Source: Ptychomitrium polyphyllum (taxonomy: Eukaryota). From it: a stretch of 64,000 nucleotides of DNA. The notes under the pieces were generated by a model. It saw nothing but the letters and a program-made list of their open reading frames with translations, had not been told where the DNA came from and made no database searches. The stretch spans positions 1,364,001-1,428,000 of the forward strand of contig OZ316775.1 of assembly GCA_973851085.1 (NCBI GenBank). The letters run 5' to 3'. The position numbers were made by a program, and so were the translations under genes. Of the stretch, positions 29,290 to 42,500 are shown one piece after another (positions within the stretch are counted from its first letter, which is position 1; the number at the start of each line of letters is the position of its first letter).

Positions 29290-32200
29290 CTACTGTTGCT
29301 TACTCTTCTTCTTACGGAAGATGGCACCCTCACGCAAATAACGAACAAATGAACTCACTGGGTCTTGGAGCCCTTCCACTTCATACTTTCCAAAGCGCCA
29401 GTCCCGGACCACGAAGGGTCGGTCCATTGGCACATCCAGGCCCCCTGCAACAGCAATCTTCCCGTTAACTTTTGCAGAAGTCTAAATCACAAAATAAACA
29501 CGAAAACGAAAATGAAATAGCCTCGCACCTGCAAACATGAGACCCGCATCATTGGTTTGTCGACAAAATGGTCTGGTCTTGCCCTGCCTAGCTTGGTCCT
29601 GAAGATCTTCCCACACTGACTGCCGCTGCTTCTTCGTCACCTTCCCGGTTTTAGACAACTGAAACAAAAAAATTAAAAGATGTTATTGACACTCGTACAT
29701 GTATTTTTGGTAGTTCGCTCATCAATTAGACTGGGCAAAAATTTATTGCTCGTGGGGGAAATATCACCTCCGTGTAAAGGTTGTAGGAGGGACGAGGATG
29801 ACGAGCAAGGTTTTTGTGTCGGTCCACAGCAACCAGACCAAACTTGGGACCATACCCATCGGCCCACTCCCAGTTGTCTGAGATGGTCCAGAAGCAGTAA
29901 CCTTGAACACGGACACCCTGCAAAGACCACCACCCTTAATGCTTACAACAACTGTAGCGAATAAAATAATCAATGGTTAATAATAACAAAGATCCTCCGT
30001 TTTTGTGTCAGTTTATGAGGTCTAAGTTTTGATGAGCTTTAGCAGAATTAAATTGTGTAGTTGAGAATCTAATCAAAAGCGATATGAAGCTTTGAGAGGA
30101 CATAAATCGCCCGGTGTCTACCTTGTCCATTGCTGCTCGGACAGCAAGAAGATGCTCAATAATGTATGGTCGACGAATGTAGTCGGTAGCATCAGAGACA
30201 CCGTTCTCTGTGATGATAAACTTCATGTCGTGTTGTTTGTAACGTTCATGGAACTCGATCAGCATCCTGTATAGTCCATCTGGATAAACACCTCGTCCAG
30301 ATTCGCTATATTCATCATTCTCTACATTTTTCAAGCCTGGTGCTGAGACTACTTCCTGCAGAACGTGAGTTTCCGCAAGTGACAGTTACGCGTTGCTAAA
30401 CCAAGAAAATCTCAGTGTTTTCAACTCAATTTAAAGCATTAATTAAGATGGAGTGTAAAATCGTCCTGTGCAAACCCACCTGACCATAGTAATTGATACC
30501 CATAAAGTCACATTTGTGGGCCACGTCATCACAGTAGGCAAACCGTGTCATCCAGTTGCTGAAGACCACCAACGGTGTATCGAACAACCCATACGGTCGC
30601 ATGAAGGAGACGTGATGAGATATTCCTACTCTTGCTGGCTTTTTAGTTTTGCTGTTTAAACACACCACCATCCAGATTAGCACAAACATACATATCTCAT
30701 AAATATCAGGAATAGCAGCAAACGGCATATATTGAATAAACCACGGTGAAGATCATAAACTCAAAAGACGAGAAAGAAGATGGATGGAAGAGATACCTGC
30801 TCTTATGGATGATATCATAAGCGTCAAGGTGAGCATCAGCCATCGCCTTCATGACGACCTTGAACACTCCTTTCGGCATTGCAGCAGTTACTGTCTCCAG
30901 CATATCAGGATCACCTCCTGGCCAAGCGCCGGCGCAGTAGGTTAACATGGCAAAAACATGGGGCTCATTGAAGGTGATCCAGTAGTCAACAAGGTCTGCA
31001 TAATTATCCACTACCAACCTGCACATCATTAAAAACAAATATCAGAACTGAATCAGCCTCAGTAGCTACAACAAAGTTGATTTGCTCATAAGATTGACGA
31101 CTTCAAGCTCGGAACTCAGAGGGAAAATAAAAACAAGGCTGTAATCACTGAAACACAATACTCAAACAGGAATAGACATAATCTCAAATAAATGCGTTAG
31201 AAGCTTTCCTAGTAAAATCTAAGAAGTACTTGATAGTCTTTGCTTCCTTCCATCCACCATACTCAGCTGCCCACTGAGGAAGCGAGTGATGAAAGAGGGT
31301 AAGCATCACTTTCATGCCGTGGTCCAGTACTCTCTGGATAATATATCGGTACCGATCTACAGCCATCCAATTCACCTGGTCCCAGCCATAAAGATTCAGA
31401 GCATGAGAATTCAGAGTTATACAGAAAATTAACAATCTCATGCATTTCAAAACCTCAGGTCTATCTCCAGAAACCGAGGCTAAGACATGAGAAACTAAAC
31501 AAATAATATGAGTGTACTCTGAAAAGAACTCTCACCGCATTTTCAACACCGTTAATGGGCTCAATAGGCATGATTCGGCTCCAATCGACACCCATACGGA
31601 AGACCGTTGAATTTGTGCCTTGCGCGAGCTTCAACTCTGTGTCAGGATCTGACCAAAACCGCACCCTCTCCTCTCTGCCAAAAGCAACAAGAAAAAAAGT
31701 CAACCCTGAAAAACTTTGATTCAGTCCTTGCCAGCTCAGAACAATGCAACGAGGGCACTTACGGACGAATTGCGTTGTGCCACGCAGCCACGTTGTGAGA
31801 CTCCTCCTCTTCAGTGAACTTCTCGAAGCCACGAACCATAGCTTCCATGGACAGCTTGGCAAACTTCCTAGCTCTGCGAGGGACGTTCATGAGGCCAGGT
31901 TCTGCTGTATCCCCTGACGTAAAACCGACACGACGGGGTTTGTCAAGAGAGACCTCAGGCTCCAGTTTCTTTTTCATGTTCTCCAGCCTTTCCTCCTCTG
32001 AGATTTGCTTCTGGCCGTCGTTGAAAGTCGACTGGATCTCCTTTGCTGCGGCTTGTAATTTTCCTTGGCTTTTCTCAGCTTTCTCAGAATCGGTGTCAGA
32101 CTTGTCTTTCTCCGATACAACTTCCCACTCACCACCTAACCCGTCACCGTTCTTTCCATTTCCGCCTTCGCTTGAAACCTCTTCCACCCTAATAATGTCT

Positions 32201-34019
32201 GGAGTCTCACTACGTCCTAACCCTGCAAGGCCAACTTTGTTCTCTGGCGCTACATTGCCACTTGCAGATTGCGACGCGTCCGGAAGTTCTTCGCTCAGGA
32301 CAGATTTCCCTCCTGTTACTGGAATTGACTCCATATCTGAGCTCTTTTTACCTACCATCAGATAGGTCGAAAGCTTGACAATCAATTTTCGAGTTCTAGC
32401 ATGCAAAGAGTCCTTTAACCAAACATTGCTGTCAAATCAGAGGGATCGTGGGCATGTGAATGCAGAACTAGAAGAAGCATCGCACCTTCTTTTATTTTCT
32501 CAGCCTGCGCTTCTTCCGTAAGCGATACTCCAGAATACGAGGCAGCATTATCCTTCTCACCAGTGCGAGTTTCAGGCGGGTCTCCTGCAGGGTTACTTTT
32601 GGGTTCGCTTTCTTTGGCAAACTCAAGCCAAGCGTCGTCTAGTTTGTCTTCAACATGAGCAGGTGCTGTTGCAAGTGCAAAGAAGAAGCCTCCGTCCTCA
32701 ACTGCACACACAAACCAAAACACAAAGTCATTCCCAATGACAAATTTCCCAATCAAGTCACAGACTAGCAGTTCAATTAAGCCATACTCTTCACATGTCT
32801 AGGCTAAGCCTTTGGAGATTTGTGAATTTTCAACACGAGCGGCAGTAAATTTTCTGAAGTACGGTTCATCAGGGGGAGAAAATTTTCACAAAGATCAGTG
32901 CACTCATATACGCTTTACGAGCTTCAACCATTACCATTATGAAACACATGCTGGGAATTCTAGGAAATAATTGGAAAGAAGAATAAACTAGTAAAGTCTC
33001 AATCTTGCCCCAAGAATTAAATTCACATACTTGTAAGGCTAACAATAGGCTCATCGCATCACTTATGCTGCATCGTCGTGCCCCCACCATCCTCTTCACG
33101 AACAGACGATAGCCGAGTTTCATATAATACGAGCACACGCTCAACCCAGATCTCAAACCAGGAAAGCAGTTCGAAAACCTCAGAAAATGGAAACTATCAC
33201 CTCTACCGTTGCCAGGCTCCAGTCATCAAGAATGCTTTGTTCTCTCCGGCATATTTCAGGTATCTAAAAGTAATTCACGTATGAAAAGAGCTTCAAGCTA
33301 GGCATTCGCTGCAATACACGCTCGACAGATGCATGAGACTCGTCAAACACGGCCGTGTTAAAGATAAGAAACAAAACACAGTTGGCTGGGGTTGCATGCA
33401 GAACGAACGACAGTCTTTGAGCTGAATTCAACACGAGCAGAATGCACCACAAAGAAACGATTGCTTTCATTCCCGTGGATCCTCTCTCGCAATTGCAGAT
33501 GGAGAAGATTCCTAGGCACGCTTCGTTGCCCTACCCTCGGATACACGTTCAATTTCATACGCAAAAAACAGCGCTCTGGATTTAATTTCACTCAAAATTT
33601 CGTGCAGACTAGCTCAGAAACAAGTAACTTCTAAGGCACGAATCGCGCAAGATGTCACGTCACAGTCGTCCATCGGAAAAGACGGAGCTAAAAATATCAG
33701 TCGGGCAGGAGTTCCCGCGGTTCACTTGCGCAAAATTGACAAAACGGAGGAAAAGAAACACTCAGGCTTTTCTCCAAGACCTACAACGACACAGCGCTCC
33801 GAGTGAAACAGTCAGCTGGAAAACGAGCAACAGGCACTTACCGTCTTTATCGATAGGGAAGGAGGCCAAAACCTCCTGCGTCTCGTCCACGGGGTCCGGA
33901 AACGGAGCTAAATTCTTCTGATGGAAGTGCCGAAACGTCAACGCGTTCGCAAACACCGTGATTGCACCTACAACGCCCGCTACCTTGGACGCGTTCAGCA
34001 GAAGCACCATCGGCGCCAT
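29290..34019 (-). CDS. SFR2: galactolipid:galactolipid galactosyltransferase SENSITIVE TO FREEZING 2 (GH1 family), multi-exon
   Basis: N-terminal hydrophobic anchor, FFFALATAPAHVED.LDDAWLEFA, HNVAAW, ERVRFWSDPDTELKLA, FRMGVDWSRIMP, TLFHHSLP, acid/base WITFNEP, nucleophile FIITENG, GYCFWTISDNWEWADGYGPKFGL, DWRFGKYEVEGLQDP. Stop TAG at 29292-29290. Confidence 0.96.
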
Positions 34020-36439
34020 TGCTCTCCCCTGCCTTCACTCAATTTCACCTCCTACTCAATCTCCCGCCCTCGAAACTCCAATTCTTGTCAAAACAAATCC
34101 CCTCTCAAGGCTCTCCTCGCCACCTCTACGCTCCACAATCAATCACTCCATCTCAATCCCTCTTTCTCTCTCCCTCTCCCTTCCCTCCCTCCCTCCCTCC
34201 CTTCCGCTCGCTCAATCTCCTCGCTACAACACAACCTCACACATTGAATGACGCCAAAACTATTCCACGCCTCGGCACCTTCCCACCGCCGGACGAACTC
34301 CCGACACCGCTCACCACGCAACACCAGAGCGACACATAGTCAGATCCCGGCAGCCTACGCAACAAAGCAAAGGCTCTTCCTGAGCTCTCAGTTTGTGGAA
34401 AAGAAAACGACGGCTGGGCGCAGAGCATCACTGCAACAACAGCCAAGGTTATCGTTAACGCGCTCCCTCCCCCGCCGTCGACCACGACAATTCCGCTCTC
34501 TTTCATCCGCTACCCCGCTTCTCATCGATCGAATCCTCGTGGAATGTCACCTTCTCACCATTGGATTCCGGACCCCTATGGTTCCCGCAATTGGCCACAA
34601 CAGTTTCACTGTTTCTCATCCATTCCCCCTCTCATCTAATCAAGTCTAGGGAATGCGTCCCGAAAAAACCCTTATTGTACCCAAAACCGACTTTGTCTGC
34701 CAGCATAATACACTCCTTGAAACTCAAAAACCTCATAGATGGTGTTGAGTCAGGTAAGCAGCTCATGATTTTGAAGTACAGTAGATAGCATCGGCATTGG
34801 ATACATCGACGCTTCTGGGAGTTCTTCCTTCATATTTTTGCTCTTTCTCCTCCTTCAGGTTCACTCAGCATCCCTTCGGATCCTGCAATCAAACTCGACT
34901 GTTCCACTTTGTCTCGTCGATGCTCTCGGTTCTCATCGAAAATATTCCAAATAAATTCGACGTCTCTTCTCCACCGTTAAGTACTTTTGGATCCCTTCGG
35001 ATCCTGCGATCGAAATAGGAACGTATTAGGGGTCGTATCGTTTTCCTTACTCCTACTGTGTGGGAACGCGTCCAAATACGTCACTGCACGCAACGTGGAC
35101 ATCTATGTACTTCCTAGAACTCATTCTAGTAGATGTTCGAAGGGAGCAGATAAATTCGGTGTTAGGGTATGGATTACTCGTGGTAGTTGGGTATTCAGCG
35201 GTAACTTGTGGGAAGGGATTTTAGGTTTGAGGTTGTGTGTGAGTGTGCTCCAGCTCTGTCCTTCGTTCGATTGCATGCTAGGAGGCTTATCGGGCGTTCC
35301 GCACCGTTGGCTTGAGGTGGGGTTTGTCTTTGTCGATTGCAGCTCGTGAACCTGGACTTCGTTCATAAAAGCGGATTCACTGTGGGCCGTTCTTGTAAAG
35401 GCGGGGGTTCCATTGGATGGATGGGCGGGAGCACCTCTGCTTTGGGAAAGTTTATCGCCATCTCATCAGGTCTAGGGTTGCGTGATAGTCCTCTATCATA
35501 TTAGCCTGCTCTCAAGCAGGTCTCACGGAATTCTCTGCGCTCACGTTACTTGCATGACAAGCCTGCAGATGCCTTGTGCTGCTTCGATGATTTCAGCGTT
35601 TGAGATCCATGATAGAGTATACGTAGGGTTTATGAATTCATTTGAACTCACCTGCGTAAAGCTTCCGTCACGGTGCCGATGCATGTCCACCCCGATCATT
35701 GAAATCTCAACCACAACCTGGATAATACAAGCCCATACCTGTAACAGTATATTTTAATATGCATACATAGAACTAGCAGTTCTTCGCGAGTTGAGCTAGG
35801 GACTGAATTTGACTACAGGGATGTATGTGAGTCTGTGGACGCTCTTCCAGTTAGCCGGCTGACTATAGACTCTCATGATGAAAATCAACGGTGTGTACAT
35901 AGTCACGGAGAGAACTCGGTGACTCAATGCAGTACAAGGGAAAGATAGAATCTCATCATTTTCCCCATGAATCCACCAAACAAGGCCTATGGTAATCAGT
36001 TGGTACTTGTGCAAAGGGTGCAGCATCTTGATACTCATGTGATGTTTTGGATGAAAGTCATCCGTCCGTTTCGTATGGAATTGGGCCTGTGCTGCATGTT
36101 CTAAATTCTGGGACAAAACATGCGCGGCTTGTGTTGCTTCTGACAGGACGGCCCCACTGGAATGGAAAGACCTTCCCTTTTATATTCTTTGAGGATTTAT
36201 ATCATTTTTACAACACCACTTCTGTGTTCTACAACACGTGACCCATTTTAACCCTGTTAAAACTTATGGCTGATCTCTGTAAGATCATTTATGTAATTGG
36301 TCCACTTTACGCTAGAGGCGAGGCCATGAAAGGTGGAGGCCATTGTAGACAAAAATTAGCATTAAGGCCCTAATACACAGGCGAGAATTGGGTTTTCATA
36401 CTTGAAGTACTACATTCTTCAAGAGGAGACCATGTTGGA

Positions 36440-38440
36440 CCTCAAAATAAAATATAAAAACACTTTATCATTACATTATTATAACTTCACACAATTTTCT
36501 TTGACTTCTTAATATAAGATATTTAGAGCCCTCTCAAACTTTTACACCAATATAAAAAATAGACTTATCATTTTTTTGAAATAGAGATAACCTTGATTTC
36601 TACCATAAAACAACATCTATTCTCCACCTTTCATATGAATTGTATTTCTTTATACAAAGAGACTAAAAATGATCATTTTAATTACTTAAATTAATATCAC
36701 TAAAAATATAATCCTAAATCACTATTTCAAATATGATCTTGAATGTCACCAAATCTACAATACAAAGTATGCATTTAATGTTGATTGTCTTAAGTGCAAG
36801 GTGATATACATCAAACATTCATATAAACTATCAAAACCTCATCTACAAAGTATTAAGTGTACATATTTACATATGACAAATAATTCCAATTATAACTACT
36901 AAACCTACAAATAAAATACTTTGAATGATTTCTTCAAAATCTATAAATGTAAATCATAAGCAAAAAAAATTATTTATATAAAAATATTAATACATAAATG
37001 CAATGACATTTTGCACAATACATATAACATCAAATAACGTTTTAAGATATGTGTGATTATTTATTTGGTTTGTTTGATTTTTGTTATTTTACAAATACTT
37101 ATAAACATTTACTAATTTTTAACCATTAAGTTAACTGAACAATTTGAAAGATTACTAATTAATCGGAATATACTTTTTCAATTTCTTCAAGTATTATTAA
37201 TAAGACATTTATGACATATAAAAATTTATGTTACTGCAATTCATACAGATTGAATGCATGATCACGAAATTCAATAACGTTATCCATTTTTACATGTTTT
37301 TTAAACTATACAAGTTTACTTTCAAAGTTAAATTTACTTAAATTAAAAAAATTTAAAAAAATCTACATTTTAAATAATTTTCATCATTAAAAAATTAGTT
37401 AGAAAAAGCATGTCCGTGAGATATAAATAAAAAATCCAAATGTAATTTTATGATACACTTTGGATACATATATGTTACTTTGAATGAAAAGTTAAATTAT
37501 TCAAAGTTACTTTCAAAGTTCTTATAAATATATGATAAGGCTTCAATACAAATACAATTAGTTGAAAGTAATGGATAGTTGATAAGAATAGTTGTGCTAA
37601 ACTTTTATTTTTGAAAAAGTACAATTTCCAAATTAGTTGTCCTTACTATTGACAATTCATATTAAAAAGGAAAACTATGTTATTATTAAAAGTTACAATA
37701 GCCAAAGAAAATTTAGTCAAAGGTTTTGGTTGAAATGATTTGTAGAAAAAGAACATTGCAACAAGAATGTTTTAAAACACAATAAGAAAAAAATTCAAAT
37801 AATTAGGAAGATATCTTTACACTATATTGGAATCTACACCTTTGTTGGAACTTGAGTACATACAAAACATTAGTAAAAAACATTTTTGAATTTGAAATAT
37901 TAAAAATTAGTATTAAATTACAATCAAATTTATTGAAAAAATCAATAAGTAAAAATAACTAAACTAGCCATAATTAAAAATCCTTTGTTTTTAATCAAAG
38001 AAAATTTTAATACTGAAATTGTGCTTTTGAAGAGTGAAATTACACCTTTAGTAGAAGGTGCTAAGGATTAGAGAAGGACATTTGAAGATGGCTATAATTG
38101 CACCTCATATTCATGAAGATAATAGATGTAGCATTTTAGGGCCATCTTACACATTCTATCCTTGCTTAAAAAAGACAAATTTCTATCATACTAAAAAAAA
38201 CACAAAAATATAATTACTTAAAAATTTCAAGTTCTATTGCAAAGCTTTACACCTTGTTCTATCATCCACAATTAAAGCAATTACAAGATGAATGAGAAAA
38301 CAAAGTGACCATCTACATGATAGCAACTATTAAAAGAGAAACCCCCTTCCCTTAACCATTTTTGAAAGTATGCTTTACATGGCAATCCAAGAGCTAATCC
38401 ATGGAATTTAAAAAGTAAAAAAAATCTTCATTAATCTAAT
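36440..38440. other. AT-rich, CpG-poor block (decayed repeat?)
   Basis: Compositional island without ORFs. Short protein-like minus-strand fragments near 38050-38410 contain stops. Confidence 0.45.
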
Positions 38441-39551
38441 GTTAACATGAACTTGGAGTTGTTGAAGGTGCTTTACTGGGCACCCAAGCCTGTAGGGCCC
38501 ACTCACGCAATTCATGGACGCTGGAAAGGTGGACGAATGAACAGAGATGAAGTGGATGAGAAACGGCTAGAGGAGTCGACAACATGTCTGGGATTGCTCG
38601 AGTCTGCACTCCACGTGGCAGTTAGTTACCGGATGCTATTAAGGGCCATGTGTCAAGTTCTTGGAGCCCTGCCTTCGTTGCAGAACCGTTGTGGGGCAGG
38701 GCAATCCCATTCAGGTCCTTTTACAGTGTGGTAAATTGACTAACTGTTCCTTGACATTTACATTTCTTCCAGGTGATAGCTTCTTTGTGAACTGAGAAAA
38801 CATCCTCCCCACTCACCTACAGAAGTTGTCACCTCACCTTGCTACCATTCATCTTACGAGGGCAGCAGAAGGTGAGGATAAAGTGAGTGCATAGACACTG
38901 GTCTCTTTTTACTACTGATAGTGAGTTCTTATTCTAGTGTAGCAAGCTTGTATTACCAGTTCTACTATTTTATAATGGGATTCTTGAGCATTAAAGCTAC
39001 TTAGGTTAAATTATGAATTCTGAAACTGTATTGTCTAGTAAGACTCTAGAAATACAGTAAGTCAAGAAATACAGTACACATGGCCTAACGCCTTTGGTTG
39101 ACAAATAGATTAACCAGAAAGTAAAGTCAAGTGGTTATTGTGTAAATCTCGAAGGCAAATCAGCAGTTGAGGGTCAAATTTGGAAACAAGTAAAGATTTT
39201 GTTGGGAAGGAAACTTTGAATCCCATCTTTCTGATCAAAATTATCGATACAATTATTGTAGTTAAGAAGTTATTTTCAAGAATAAACTACCACATATCCA
39301 GATCCCAAAAAGACGAGAAATGTGAGAGACTTGGCGTCCTTGATGAAACTACAAGTGCATTCCATCTGTGGTCATATTTCATTTTAGGCTGTAAAACTTC
39401 ATATCTTCTTATTCCATGATTTGAACCTCGAAGTTACCATTGTTTGTACCAAGTCATTATACACGAGTATTCTGAAAAAACGTTTAAAGACAAGACTTCT
39501 ACAGTACTTCACTAAACTTGCAACCTTAAAAGGAAATTATGTCAAGAGATC

Positions 39552-42500
39552 TCACAGCTTATGTTTGTTCCCATGTTTGTTTACATGGGCAATAGTTGCT
39601 GCTAAGAGTGGTCCAGCAAGTGCTGCCCTTGAAAGAACATCCAACTCCAATGGTGTGAGTGGCTTTGCTTCATGAGTAGCAATGCACATGGACACATCAG
39701 AGAGACAGTACTTCGAGGCAATTATCTGTTCTGTCCTCCAAAATGAAATGTCAAAGAAAAGGGCTTCTCTCGCAAGCTCTCGTTGTTTTCGAACACCTTC
39801 CTGCAATGGCTCCCGGCAAACTTCTCTCTCTCTTCCACTTTCGTGCCGATCTTCATACTGCATTCCTCTTTCTGCAGGGCCTACACGCTCACGCCATGTT
39901 TCTCTTGGCACTGTCTGTTCTTGAAGGCCATGAACACTGAAAATATTTGTTTTATCAATGCAGTGTTTTTTCAAAAAGATTCATAGCTTGAAGCTACAAT
40001 TTGTAAAAACAAAAAGTGATTGTTGAGATGCCTTAATGACTTACCCAAGTTGGATAGCCTTATCCAGTACTTGATGCTCTCTTTGAGTTTGCATATCTGT
40101 TGCACTTTGTAAACGCTCAGAACTGCAACCTTCCCGTCTTGTAGGCCAACTAATGGCATCATTGTCTATTGTCTTATTTCTTTGTCGTTCTATGCCTCTT
40201 CCTTGAAGCGGGTTTAATGATCCTTGTGAGCAACTATTTGAAGTTTCAGTGTTTCTATTTGATGAAAGAAGTAAATGTTGGCTCAAGTTTGTCTCACATT
40301 TCGTAGTTTCACTTGTGCCAAGTGTACTTGAATTGCTTTCTTTTACATCGATTAATGACCTTGATGAGTTATTCTCACAACTACCATTTGAAGATTGGAC
40401 GATGTTCATTGTTGCATCCATATGTGAATCTAAAACAGTGTTGGACTCTTCAACTGTTGCACACTTTGAGCTTTCGTCTACCACCTATCACATTAAATTT
40501 ATATAATATTAGCAAGACTTAGATATGCTACGAATTCTATGGTTTGAAATATGGTCAAAAACTAAAGATTACAAGATTTGAATTGATGTTATGTTAGTAG
40601 ATGCAACTTATAAGCTAAAACACAAGAGATGAATAAATTTATGCATTTACTTCTTTGTTCTTTGATTTTTTGGAAAATTCACTTTGATTGGGAATTTTTG
40701 TAGATGGTTTTGAATCATTTGTATTGTTGCTTTCAATCCTTAAACTAGAGCCGCTCATTGACAAATTAGTGCCTTGTGTTTTTAAGGATTTCAAATTACT
40801 TAACACATTTGAAGTATGTGCATGTAAAGAAGTTTCAACTTGCAAAATCTTTTCAATTTTGGAAATGTTTATATTACTTGTACTTGGATCATCTTGTGCA
40901 CAATTCTTTCGAAGATCGCTCTGGCTTTCATTGAAACTCCAAAACCTTTCAGTTTGTGGTACTTGTTCAATTTCTTTGTGTTTCATTGCATTACAATATG
41001 AATTTCTTGCAGATAAATATTGATGTGTGGGTGTTATTTTCTTTGATGGATCTTCAGTTTCATGGTAAAACACATTTGAAGCACCACAGTTGTTTGTTTT
41101 TTCTTTCAACTTCTTTTTTTTGCCTACACTTGATTCTGAAAATCTTCTTAACATATGTTGCGGATACAATTGAAGTCCTGTTTTTTGCATATTTTGTGTC
41201 TGTAATACTTTTCCCTCCATACTCTTAATTTCTTCGCATTCTTCATAGTCCTTAAGAATTTCTATTGAATCGAAACTCTGAGACCCCCCAAATCCACAGA
41301 GATTTGTATGTATGATTTCTTTTGGTTTTTGTTGATTAGGAGTACGAACCTACAGCCACAACATGAATTCATTATAACAATGAAGCATTTCAATATATCA
41401 TGCACATTATATGAATATTTTAAGATATTCACAAAATGGTAGATATCAATTCTCTTTTGGAAAAATCATTGCATTTGAATATATTTCTATAATAAAATCA
41501 TTATCATTTAATTAAAAATAATAATAATCATATTCACGATTTGTAAAAAGAAACTACCACAGAGTTGTAAGTTATATCATGGATTTAGATTTTCACAAAT
41601 ACTACATCAAAATGGTAAAACAAGGAAGTATCTGTGATTGTAAAAACGAAGGAATCTTACAAGTATTTTTGCAAACACAAAATTTCGAAATGTACAAATC
41701 AAGGTTTATGAACATTTTGCATCTGCAAGAATCATTTGATAAATCATCAAACTAGCTTACATTTGATGAAGTTGAAGGAATGTCTAGAAGTGGAACATCT
41801 TGTAGCGTTATTGTGTTGGGTAGACCTTTAGCAAAAGAATTGGTGTTCATTGCATGATTACTTAAAAGTGCTGAATTAGATGGATTCAGATGAATTACTC
41901 CTTCCGGTACCCCAAATAAACTGCGGAACGTTTTCATTCGTAAACTAGCGGAACCCAAATGTTGAACACTTTGTTGCTTGTCATTGATTCCATTTCTTAA
42001 ATGCAATGCCTTGTTGTCTATGCTACATGGCTTTTTATCGAACATTTCTCTTGAAGCCATTGTTTCGAAACAATTAGAATTCCTTATCTTTTCAAAACTT
42101 TTAGCTGTTGTTCCTTTATTCACACATGTCCAACATGATCCATTTATACCAACAGCATCGAGGTTTTTACATCGTTTGCATTTGAGCTTTGATTTTTCAT
42201 TATTTGTATCATTTAAATCATCAACACCCACTTTCATCTCTACTATTTCAAAGTTCTTAGTACTAGGCATGTTATTTAATGTGTTGGAACTCATTCCAAA
42301 ATTCCCATCAATATTGTTATCAAGCTCGTTTCTTGCTTTGCTCTTTTGAAGGCACATTGTATTTTGTATTGTTTTTGGTTGTATATTGCATACATTGTTA
42401 TTATTTTTGATGTTTTCTCCTTTTTTAATAAAATTTGATTTAACATGGTTTGGAGAAGGCTTTGAAGAAATTATTTTTTCTTCACATGTTCTTTTAACGG

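Noticed and set aside
28070..29290. Functional lipid-remodelling pairing of the esterase with the convergent SFR2
   Set aside because: Adjacency is the only evidence, and no plastid-targeting sequence is visible on the esterase.
33921..36250. Cluster of short ORFs upstream of SFR2
   Set aside because: Overlapping frames on both strands with no motifs, and I could not build a consistent spliced model. Probably UTR, promoter or non-coding transcript.
36366..38500. Harbinger-like terminal inverted repeats (GGCCCT..ACAGGC..TTGGG) around the AT-rich block
   Set aside because: The alignment needs two multi-base gaps and the flanking trinucleotides do not form a matching target-site duplication.
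38811..38888. Hairpin cctcacctt...aaggtgagg as a miRNA precursor
   Set aside because: The stem is short and interrupted, and I recognise no mature miRNA in it.
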